From positions 65,656 to 129,655 of the forward strand of contig CAZAMC010000002.1 of NCBI GenBank assembly GCA_964486505.1: a stretch of 64,000 bases of DNA, in the 5' to 3' direction. The translations under genes were made by a program, and so were the position numbers. Below, in pieces: positions 57,149-64,000 of this stretch (the stretch's first letter is position 1; each line of letters opens with the position of its first letter). Under the pieces are notes generated by a model. That model was given only the letters and a program-made list of their open reading frames with translations. It was not told the origin of the DNA and searched no databases. The DNA is from an uncultured Gammaproteobacteria bacterium (GTDB taxonomy: Bacteria; Patescibacteriota; Patescibacteriia; PEXW01).

Positions 57149-57921
57149 GCGCCCGCGCCTTTCCACTGTTGAAGAATGATCCCCTCCGGGCGTTCCCTTC
57201 CACGTTGCCGGAGCACGAGCAACACGTGCGCGTGGACGCTGGTCAGACTGCGGAGCAAACGTTCTCGCCCAAAGCCGGCAAGACGACGCTGACGGTTGCG
57301 GTGGGTGACGGCGCAACGCTGACGTTGCTCTTGGCTGCCACGTACAGCCCCGACGTCTTCCGCTTGCTGGACATTGATGCCGTGGTCGGCCGGGATGCCG
57401 CTGTCCATGTTATTGACCGGGCCATGGGTGGGGCCCGGGTTGAAACGCGAGCGTTCATTTCCCTGCGGGCGCCGGGCGCGACCGGGAAGTTTACTGGCAT
57501 GTACCACGGCAAAGGCGCGGAGCACCACGCGTGCCACGTTGTGGTTCACCATACGGTGCCGCACACGCACGGCGATGTGCTCGTCCGGGGGGTGTATGAA
57601 GGCGAGAGCCGAAGTGTGTTCACCGGGCTTATCCAGATTGCGCCCGGCGCTCAGCAAACCAAGAGTTACTACCGGGACGACATTCTGCTCCTCGACGCCG
57701 CGTTGGCTGAATCCCTCCCCACTTTGGAAATTGCCGCGAATGACGTGAAAGCTTCGCACGGTTCCACGACTAGCCGCCTCAACGATGCCCAGCTCTTCTA
57801 CTTGCAGAGTCGGGGTATCCCGCCGGATCAAGCGCGCAACCTGATTGTCGCCGGTTTCCTCACCCCGGCGCTGAAGCGTGTTCCCGAAGCGCTCTGCCAG
57901 CCATTTTTACCGACTGATTGA
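57145..57921 (+). CDS. sufD: Fe-S cluster assembly protein SufD (short form, 258 aa)
   Basis: homology to SufB C-terminal half; ...[28 protein letters not shown]; overlaps sufB stop. Confidence 0.8.
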   Translation: MSARAFPLLKNDPLRAFPSTLPEHEQHVRVDAGQTAEQTFSPKAGKTTLTVAVGDGATLTLLLAATYSPDVFRLLDIDAVVGRDAAVHVIDRAMGGARVETRAFISLRAPGATGKFTGMYHGKGAEHHACHVVVHHTVPHTHGDVLVRGVYEGESRSVFTGLIQIAPGAQQTKSYYRDDILLLDAALAESLPTLEIAANDVKASHGSTTSRLNDAQLFYLQSRGIPPDQARNLIVAGFLTPALKRVPEALCQPFLPTD

Positions 57922-57996
57922 CAGCTTCGTTGGCGGGCGTAGGCTTCCCTCAAAGACCCGAAACCCGGAACATTCCCAACCCGAAAGGAGGATGTC

Positions 57997-58554
57997 ATGT
58001 CTCTCCAGTGTTTTCATTTTCCTGGGAACATTACCATGTTCCTCCCCCCGGACTGGTTCACGCGTCCCGAGTCGCCGGTAGATGTTAACGAGTGCAAGTC
58101 CGAGCAATTCGACATTGCGGCGTACCCACACCGGCCCGATATCGTCGATGAACGGCTGACGGCCTTCCTCGATGGTGTCCCTCTTGATGATGACCGGAAG
58201 GCGTTCTTAGGCATCGCCGTCTCGGAGGTTGCCATGAACGCCATGACGCACGACGGCCTGGATCCCACGCGGATGATCCGCGTGCACTTCCTCTACGTTG
58301 CTCCCCGTTTCGTGCTCGTGGGTATCATGGATACGTTGGGCCCCATTCCGGAGGCCGCGTTCACCACCGACCCTACGAATGCCGAAGCCATGGAGAAGCT
58401 GCCTGATCATGGCCGAGGATTCTTCATCATCAAGCAGATTGTGAACATCCTGGGGCAGTGTCCAGACAGCGACTGCGTGACGAAGGAAATCTGGGTCGGC
58501 GTAGACCTGCAGACGGAGGTGCACCATGAGAAAGTTTCAGCGACGTCCTCGTGA
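57997..58554 (+). CDS. GHKL/HATPase_c-type ATP-binding protein (RsbW/SpoIIAB-like serine-kinase anti-sigma fold)
   Basis: N-box SEVAMNAMTHDG, G1 MDTLG, G2 HGRGFFIIKQI. Confidence 0.55.
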   Translation: MSLQCFHFPGNITMFLPPDWFTRPESPVDVNECKSEQFDIAAYPHRPDIVDERLTAFLDGVPLDDDRKAFLGIAVSEVAMNAMTHDGLDPTRMIRVHFLYVAPRFVLVGIMDTLGPIPEAAFTTDPTNAEAMEKLPDHGRGFFIIKQIVNILGQCPDSDCVTKEIWVGVDLQTEVHHEKVSATSS

Positions 58555-59239
58555 ATTCTCCTGGCCCGTCCTGCCCGTTCTCGACGCTTTCGTCCTCTTC
58601 GACTTGATCGAGACGTACAACGGCCGGTGCGACGGTGCGCAACCGCAATCGAACCTCGAGGAAGCCGAAGTCCGGGGCTACGCTGATGCGTGTGTTCGGA
58701 ATGCCGAACGGGAGGTGCTGCACCGGCTTACCGCTTTTGCTCATGATTTTGGGCAGAACGTGAGCTTCTGGCACCCTCGGCTCCTCATCCGCATCGCCAA
58801 GCGCTGCCGTCGGGAATCGTTTCCCGCTGGTCTGGAGGTGCTCCAGAACTTGCACACGATCGCTAGTCAGGTGGGCGTACCTGTGGCACGCACGGGCGCC
58901 CACGGTTTGGCCTTGGAACGGTGGCGCGTTCTGGGTGACCGAGCGTCCTCGCTGATTACCACTGTGCACGATGACTTTCCCGATGATCCTTCGGAATGGG
59001 AGGACCAGAAGTGGAAGTCGTATTTCCGGCGGTTCCCCCAAGAGCTCTTTAGCCTCTCCATTCTGGCGGCGGTCATTGACCTCGCCGACGCCGAGCCGCA
59101 GTCGTTCAACGAACGGGAGCAGTGGGTGTACAAACGTTTCTTACCCGACCGTACGTGGCGGCCGGAGCACGTTGCCTGGGATGAGTACGATGTGTTTCCA
59201 GGTGATGATGAGGATGACACACGTGAACCTTGGCAGTAG
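58526..59239 (+). CDS. hypothetical protein translationally coupled to the GHKL ATPase (acidic C-terminus)
   Basis: start overlaps upstream stop by 29 nt; no family recognised. Confidence 0.45.
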   Translation: MRKFQRRPREFSWPVLPVLDAFVLFDLIETYNGRCDGAQPQSNLEEAEVRGYADACVRNAEREVLHRLTAFAHDFGQNVSFWHPRLLIRIAKRCRRESFPAGLEVLQNLHTIASQVGVPVARTGAHGLALERWRVLGDRASSLITTVHDDFPDDPSEWEDQKWKSYFRRFPQELFSLSILAAVIDLADAEPQSFNEREQWVYKRFLPDRTWRPEHVAWDEYDVFPGDDEDDTREPWQ

Positions 59240-59318
59240 AGTCTTTCGGTAAAAGCGACTGTTTCCGCAGTCGCTTTTCTATTTGCCCTCGCCCCCCCGG
59301 CAGTGTAGTCTGGACTTA

Positions 59319-60551
59319 ATGTTCGACCCCGAAGCAATTCGAAAAGCCTTCCCCATTCTCGCTCGTCGCATACACGAGCAGCCGTTGGTGTACTTGGATA
59401 ACGGGGCCACCAGCCAAAAGCCCGAGCCGGTGCTGCAAGCGATGGACGATGCGCAACGCCACCACAATGCCAATGTTCACCGGGGGATTTACACGCTCAG
59501 CGAGGAAGCAACGGCGCTGTACGAGGGCGCTCGGGAAAAAATTGGCAGGTTCATTCACGCGCCAAGCTCGCAGGAGCTTATTTTCACGCGGAACGCCACC
59601 GAGGCAATCAACCTCGTCGCCCTCAGCTGGGCCCGACAGAACCTGCAGGCTGGTGATGAAATTCTCACCACGGTCATGGAGCACCACTCGAACATCGTCC
59701 CCTGGCACATGCTGGCCAAGGAGCGGGGGATTGTCCTCAAGTTCTTACCCGCGAAACCCACCGAAGGGACACTCGATGTTGATCAACTCGACGTGCTCCT
59801 TACCCCCAAGACCAAACTCGTGTGCGTGGGGCACATGTCAAACCTCCTCGGCACGGTGAACCCGGTATCGGCAATTGCACAGAAGGCGCACGCCGTTGGG
59901 GCAAAAGTTCTGGTGGATGGATGCCAAGCTGTACCTCACCTACCCGTGGATGTCCAGAATGTTGGCGCCGACTTCTACGCTTTCTCGGGGCACAAGATGC
60001 TGGGGCCAACCGGGATTGGCGTCCTCTGGGCCCGACAGGAGATTCTGGAACAGACCGAGCCAGTGTTCGGTGGCGGCGACATGATTCGAGAAGTGACGCA
60101 GGCCGGGGCCAGCTGGAATGATGTGCCGTGGAAGTTTGAAGCCGGAACACCCAATATTGTTGGCGCCATCGGTTTGGGCGCGGCTGTGGATTACCTAGCC
60201 ACCATTGGTATGGAGGACGTATGGCGGCACGAGCAGGCGATTGCTCACTACGTCCTACCGAAATTGACTGCTATTCCAGGTGTGCAGCTCTTCGGCATAC
60301 CGAGGCCCTCACCCGACCGGGGAGCGATATTCTCTTTCTGGGTAGATGGCATGCACCCGCACGACATCGCCAGCATTTTCGACGAGCAGGGGATTGCCGT
60401 CCGCGCTGGCCACATGTGCGCCCAGCCCATGCTGGAGGTGCTGGGCAAGCCTGCGGCCGTCCGGGCCAGTTTCTACCTGTACAACACCCAGGCCGAAGCC
60501 GACGTGTTCCTCAATGCGATTGAAGACGCGAAGAAGGTGTTTGGAGTATAG
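59319..60551 (+). CDS. sufS: cysteine desulfurase SufS (start moved from TTG 59283 to Met giving canonical N-terminus MFDPEAIRKAFPIL)
   Basis: PLP-lysine region FSGHKMLGPTGIGVLW, active-site Cys loop RAGHMCAQP. Confidence 0.9.
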   Translation: MFDPEAIRKAFPILARRIHEQPLVYLDNGATSQKPEPVLQAMDDAQRHHNANVHRGIYTLSEEATALYEGAREKIGRFIHAPSSQELIFTRNATEAINLVALSWARQNLQAGDEILTTVMEHHSNIVPWHMLAKERGIVLKFLPAKPTEGTLDVDQLDVLLTPKTKLVCVGHMSNLLGTVNPVSAIAQKAHAVGAKVLVDGCQAVPHLPVDVQNVGADFYAFSGHKMLGPTGIGVLWARQEILEQTEPVFGGGDMIREVTQAGASWNDVPWKFEAGTPNIVGAIGLGAAVDYLATIGMEDVWRHEQAIAHYVLPKLTAIPGVQLFGIPRPSPDRGAIFSFWVDGMHPHDIASIFDEQGIAVRAGHMCAQPMLEVLGKPAAVRASFYLYNTQAEADVFLNAIEDAKKVFGV

Positions 60552-60553
60552 CT

Positions 60554-60913
60554 ATGTACGAATCAACCCTCCTCGACCACTACCACCACCCGCGGAATAC
60601 CGGCAAGCTCCAGCCCGCCGACCGGCGGCGCCGTGAGCCGAATCCTCTGTGCGGCGACGTCATTGAAGTTTTCCTGAAGCTGGATGCATCAGGGACCATT
60701 CAGGAAGTTCGGTGGGAGGGTTCGGGGTGCGCCGTGAGTCAGGCCAGCATGTCCGCGCTTTCCGAGCAGCTGGTGGGCAAGTCGCGGGGAGAGATTGCCG
60801 CGTTTGGCGTGCGCGATATTGAACAATTCCTCGACACTACTATTAATCCCGCTCGGCTGAAGTGCGCGACCCTGGGCCTCGTTGCAACCCAGAACGCGCT
60901 TGCAAACGAGTGA
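60554..60913 (+). CDS. sufU: SUF-system Fe-S scaffold SufU/NifU-like
   Basis: NPLCGD, GSGCAVSQAS, ...C motifs. Confidence 0.85.
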   Translation: MYESTLLDHYHHPRNTGKLQPADRRRREPNPLCGDVIEVFLKLDASGTIQEVRWEGSGCAVSQASMSALSEQLVGKSRGEIAAFGVRDIEQFLDTTINPARLKCATLGLVATQNALANE

Positions 60914-60975
60914 CTTTCCACCGGCCTCGGGTTTTGGTATCCTAGGTCTACCTCGTGCCCCTAAGCCGCACTCGT

Positions 60976-61194
60976 ATGCCATTCAAAAGTATCGTCGTTG
61001 ACCGAGAGAAGTGCATCTCCGCCGCCAGCTGCGTAGCGGTGGCGCCGGAAGTTTTTGAGCTTGACGCGGAGGGGAAGGCTATTGTGAAGAGCATGACGGG
61101 CGATCCGGACGACGTGATCATTGACGCCGCCAAGGCCTGCCCCACTTTGGCGATTACCATCATTGGTGAAGACGGCAAGCAAATAGTGCCCTGA
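60976..61194 (+). CDS. fdx: small ferredoxin (single cluster)
   Basis: CISAASC...CP cluster motif; track ORF starts at GTG 60955. Confidence 0.65.
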   Translation: MPFKSIVVDREKCISAASCVAVAPEVFELDAEGKAIVKSMTGDPDDVIIDAAKACPTLAITIIGEDGKQIVP

Positions 61195-61226
61195 AGCACA
61201 CCTCACCGTTTAACCCAATTCGTATT

Positions 61227-61814
61227 ATGGCGCACACCGTGCAGCCACTTCCGTTTAGCAACGAGCTGGACGGCATTTCTCGTAAAACCGTAGAAATCCA
61301 CCACGACAAACTCTACGCTGGCTACGTTGCCAAGCGCAATGAAGTGGAAGAAGCCATCTCCCAAGCCGATGCCACGAAGGCGAACCAGATTTACTCCGCC
61401 TACCGGGGCCTTAAGGAAGGTGAAACGTTTGCCGCGAATGGCATGATTCTCCACCAGGTGCACTTTGCGAACCTCGGCGGCAATGGTGATCCCGCCGGTA
61501 CAAAGATTCATGACGCAATTGTGCAGCAGTGGGGGAGCTGGGAGGCGTTCGTTGCCGCCCTCACCGCTACTGGCATGGCCGCCCGCGGCTGGGCCATCCT
61601 GGCGTACGACCCCTCGGACCGGAAACTCCACCTTTACGCGGCGGACGCGCAGAACCAAGGTGGGGTGTGGGGGTGCACGCCCCTGCTCTGCCTGGATGTG
61701 TACGAGCACGCCTACTTCATTGACGTGGGCTCCGACCGCCCAACGTACATAAAGAACTTCCTGAAGAACGTGAATTGGCAGGATGTGGACCAGCGCTACA
61801 CGTCGGTAGCGTAA
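61227..61814 (+). CDS. sodA: Fe/Mn superoxide dismutase
   Basis: HHDKLYAGYV, ...DVYEHAYFIDV (DxWEHAYY-type) metal ligands. Confidence 0.9.
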   Translation: MAHTVQPLPFSNELDGISRKTVEIHHDKLYAGYVAKRNEVEEAISQADATKANQIYSAYRGLKEGETFAANGMILHQVHFANLGGNGDPAGTKIHDAIVQQWGSWEAFVAALTATGMAARGWAILAYDPSDRKLHLYAADAQNQGGVWGCTPLLCLDVYEHAYFIDVGSDRPTYIKNFLKNVNWQDVDQRYTSVA

Positions 61815-61836
61815 TTCCCACTTACCCATCACGCGT

Positions 61837-62328
61837 ATGAAAAAGTTTGCCTACCTCGTTACGCTCGCCGCTCTCCCGGTGCTGCTGGTGGGGTGCACGA
61901 ACGGCAGCAATGCAAACACGAATACCGCCGTCATTGACCTCGTGAACGAGAGCGCGAACGTGAATGCCGCGGCGCCTGCTAATACGAATACTTCAACGCC
62001 TGCCAACACAAATACTGCTGCGAATACGAATGTGGCGGCTGCCAAGAATGTGAATGTCGCGGCTACTGCCGTGACTCTCACCGCGAGCGGCTACTCACCG
62101 GCTACCGTAACGGTGAAAGTTGGGCAGACCGTAACCTGGACGAACTCCTCGGGTAGCAGCGCCACGGTAACATCCGACCCCCACCCCACGCACACCGATC
62201 TCCCGGGGTTTGATTCGCCCACCCTTGCCGAGGGTGGAACCTACCAGTACACGTTTACGCAGAAAGGGAGTTGGGGGTACCACAATCATCTCGATCCCAC
62301 CACCAAGGGCACGGTCGTCGTTCAGTAG
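61837..62328 (+). CDS. cupredoxin-fold lipoprotein with N/T/A-rich linker (metal ligands not canonical)
   Basis: lipobox LVGC; ...SPATVTVKVGQTVTWTNSSGSSATVTSDPHPTH...GYHNHLDPTTKGTVVVQ. Confidence 0.55.
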   Translation: MKKFAYLVTLAALPVLLVGCTNGSNANTNTAVIDLVNESANVNAAAPANTNTSTPANTNTAANTNVAAAKNVNVAATAVTLTASGYSPATVTVKVGQTVTWTNSSGSSATVTSDPHPTHTDLPGFDSPTLAEGGTYQYTFTQKGSWGYHNHLDPTTKGTVVVQ

Positions 62329-62369
62329 AGCGACGCCGTTGCTGGCATAACCGAAAGGAGGTGCTCGCT

Positions 62370-62447
62370 ATGGCATGCGACAACTGCGGCCACGAACACG
62401 ATCCCGGAACCAAGTGCACCATGGAGGGGTGCACCTGCGAAGGTTAG
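62370..62447 (+). CDS. 25-aa Cys/His-rich peptide MACDNCGHEHDPGTKCTMEGCTCEG (metallothionein-like?)
   Basis: AAAGGAGGtgctcgctATG RBS, 6 Cys + 2 His in 25 aa, followed by hairpin terminator; too short for ORF track. Confidence 0.4.
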   Translation: MACDNCGHEHDPGTKCTMEGCTCEG

Positions 62448-62464
62448 AGATTGAACACGAATGC

Positions 62465-62491
62465 ACGTCCCGCCGTACGGCGGGACGTTTG
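62465..62491 (+). terminator. hairpin terminator (weak U-tract) after the Cys peptide
   Basis: acgtcccgcc-gtac-ggcgggacgt perfect 10-bp stem then TTTG; TATACT -10-like box follows. Confidence 0.55.
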
Positions 62492-62504
62492 CTATACTGC
62501 CCGT

Positions 62505-64000
62505 ATGGCATTCGTCCTCCGCGCAAAGCGGTTTGACTTGAGTACCGGTGGTCTGCCCTACGTCGTTGTTCTCCGCAACGAAGACGGCAAGAATTTTGGC
62601 ATTCACGCCGGTGACCGACTCCTGCTGCAAGTGGACGGGAAGAAGGTCGTCGTTCAAGCCGACCTCACCCACCGACGGGTTGCCCCCGGGGAAATCGGCC
62701 TCTTCCGTGAGGTATGGCGAGAAAACCGCATTGCCAACCGACAAGCAGTATCGCTTTCGCCGCTGGGCCGGCCAGAGTCCATTGAAGCCTTGAAGAAGAA
62801 GTTGCTGGGGAAACGGCTTTCCGAAGCCGAGTTCTTTGCCATTGTTCGGGATATTGTTAGCAACAAGTTCGGCACCACGGAGCTTACGTACTTTGCCGCT
62901 TCCAGTTTTGTGCACGAGTACTCCAACGACGAACTCTACTACCTTACCAAAGCCATCGCGACAACCGGTGAGCAGTTGCGGTTCGGACGCAAGGTGATTG
63001 CTGACAAGCACTCCGTGGGTGGGTTGGCGGGTAACCGAACGACCATGGTCGTGGTTCCGATTATTGCCAGCCTTGGCATTTACATTCCCAAGACGTCATC
63101 CCGTGCAATCACCAGCCCGGCTGGAACCGCCGACACCATGGAGGTGTTGGCACCGGTTTCCCATTCTATCGATCGGATTAAGCGCATTGTTCAGCAATGT
63201 CACGCCTGCCTGGTGTGGGGCGGGGGATTGGCGCTGGCGCCTGCCGATGATCGCATCATTAAAGTATCGCGGCCGCTCTCGTTGGAACCCTACTCAAAAA
63301 TGTTGGTTTCCATCATGGCGAAGAAGGTGGCGATGGGCGTTACCCACCTTGTCATCGACATGCCCTACGGTGAGTACACGAAGATTCCTGACCTGGCAAC
63401 GGCGAAGCGTCTGGCTGCCAAGTTCCGCTACCTGGGGCGTCGGTTTGGCATTACCGTGAAGGTCGCCATGATTGAAGCACGTGAGCCCATTGGTCGAGGC
63501 GTTGGTCCCGCCTTGGAAGCGCGCGACGTCCTGCGCGTCTTGCAACAGAAAGAATACCGCCCTCGCGATTTGGAAGAGAAGTCCATTCGGTTGGCGGGTA
63601 TGCTGGTGGAGCTTGTGGGGGTGGCCCGGAAGGGGACGGGGAGCAGTGTTGTGCGGGATCAGCTGGTGAGCGGGAAAGCATGGCGCGCCATGCAGCAGAT
63701 CATTCGGGCACAAGGCGGCAATCCCAACCTAGACTCCGAAGATGTCACACTGGGCGCCAAGCGGCTGCGCGTGGTAGCGAAGCGGAGCGGGATCATTACT
63801 ACCGTTAACAACCGTGCTATTGATGAGCTCGCCCGGAGCCTCGGTGCGCCTGATGACAAAGTTGGCGGACTACACTTGAAGAAGCGCTTGGGGGATAGCG
63901 TCCTCGCGGGTGAGGCGCTCTACACGTGCTACGCCAGTAGCCCCAGCCGGTTGGCGCTGGCTGAAGCCGCGCTTCGGCACGTGCATGTGTTCACCGTGGC
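62505..64000 (+). CDS. AMP phosphorylase / thymidine phosphorylase family (archaeal-type), 3' end outside window
   Basis: my own translation from ATG 62505 is open to the window edge: MAFVLRAKRFDLSTGGLPYVVVLRNEDGK..., glycosyltransferase-family-3 motifs HSVGGLAGNRTTMVVVPI, TSSRAITSPAGTADTMEVL, and N-terminal ~80-aa extension typical of AMP phosphorylase; absent from ORF track because no stop in window. Confidence 0.75.
   Translation, partial: MAFVLRAKRFDLSTGGLPYVVVLRNEDGKNFGIHAGDRLLLQVDGKKVVVQADLTHRRVAPGEIGLFREVWRENRIANRQAVSLSPLGRPESIEALKKKLLGKRLSEAEFFAIVRDIVSNKFGTTELTYFAASSFVHEYSNDELYYLTKAIATTGEQLRFGRKVIADKHSVGGLAGNRTTMVVVPIIASLGIYIPKTSSRAITSPAGTADTMEVLAPVSHSIDRIKRIVQQCHACLVWGGGLALAPADDRIIKVSRPLSLEPYSKMLVSIMAKKVAMGVTHLVIDMPYGEYTKIPDLATAKRLAAKFRYLGRRFGITVKVAMIEAREPIGRGVGPALEARDVLRVLQQKEYRPRDLEEKSIRLAGMLVELVGVARKGTGSSVVRDQLVSGKAWRAMQQIIRAQGGNPNLDSEDVTLGAKRLRVVAKRSGIITTVNNRAIDELARSLGAPDDKVGGLHLKKRLGDSVLAGEALYTCYASSPSRLALAEAALRHVHVFTV

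Overview
This 64-kb window comes from a high-GC (roughly 60%) bacterial chromosome. Almost everything is chromosomal housekeeping DNA, but the gene content looks like a small-genome, CPR/Patescibacteria-like organism: an archaeal-type AMP phosphorylase, a short SufD, LVIVD and FG-GAP surface proteins, N/A-rich lipoprotein linkers and many tiny membrane ORFs. That taxonomic guess is inference only.

Gene order (+ strand unless noted):
- uvrA 3' end, csrA and a tightly coupled unknown gene (both on the - strand), a Pol-beta-like nucleotidyltransferase and an O-antigen-ligase-like protein.
- groES-groEL with a sigma70-type promoter and a CIRCE operator, followed by an orphan GroEL C-terminal-tail relic 1.2 kb downstream.
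- PEP synthase (ppsA), then a secreted collagen-like (GXY x ~20) protein and an unassigned protein of 408 aa.
- A rearranged tRNA-Ser(GGA) locus on the - strand: intact tRNA, a 27-nt direct repeat of its 3' end 145 bp away, a YhbQ-type GIY-YIG nuclease gene, and a 5'-half pseudo-tRNA split by a GC hairpin insertion.
- panD, tag, a secreted glycoside hydrolase, dnaG-rpoD, two different tRNA-Asn(GUU) genes, an MFS transporter (- strand), an LVIVD repeat protein, LiaF-like and SPFH proteins (SPFH on the - strand), a NUDIX protein, a DEAD-box helicase and an M23 peptidase.
- A 13.6-kb co-directional NAD-salvage super-operon (32741-46326). It starts with the regulator nrtR. Next come a PP2C phosphatase, an atypical Ser/Thr kinase, a 578-aa two-domain nicotinamidase and a vWA protein. 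The remaining genes are an NMNAT-NAD kinase fusion, an ADP-ribose NUDIX hydrolase, pncB, a GNAT acetyltransferase, an N-deoxyribosyltransferase-like protein and glutamine-dependent nadE. Two near-identical ~55-nt structured leader RNAs precede the GNAT and deoxyribosyltransferase-like genes.
- mgtA, an EamA-type small permease, then a MarR-regulated ABC exporter on the - strand.
- A suf operon: Rrf2 regulator, sufCBD, an inserted RsbW-like GHKL ATPase plus an unknown gene, then sufS and sufU. It is followed by ferredoxin, Fe/Mn SOD, a cupredoxin-like lipoprotein and a 25-aa Cys/His peptide.
- A partial AMP phosphorylase gene running off the window end.

I found no CRISPR array and no integrase, transposase or phage structural gene.

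The most interesting candidates are:
- the kinase/PP2C/vWA triad and modified nicotinamidase embedded in the NAD-salvage regulon;
- the duplicated leader RNA, which looks like a riboswitch;
- the scrambled tRNA-Ser/GIY-YIG locus.
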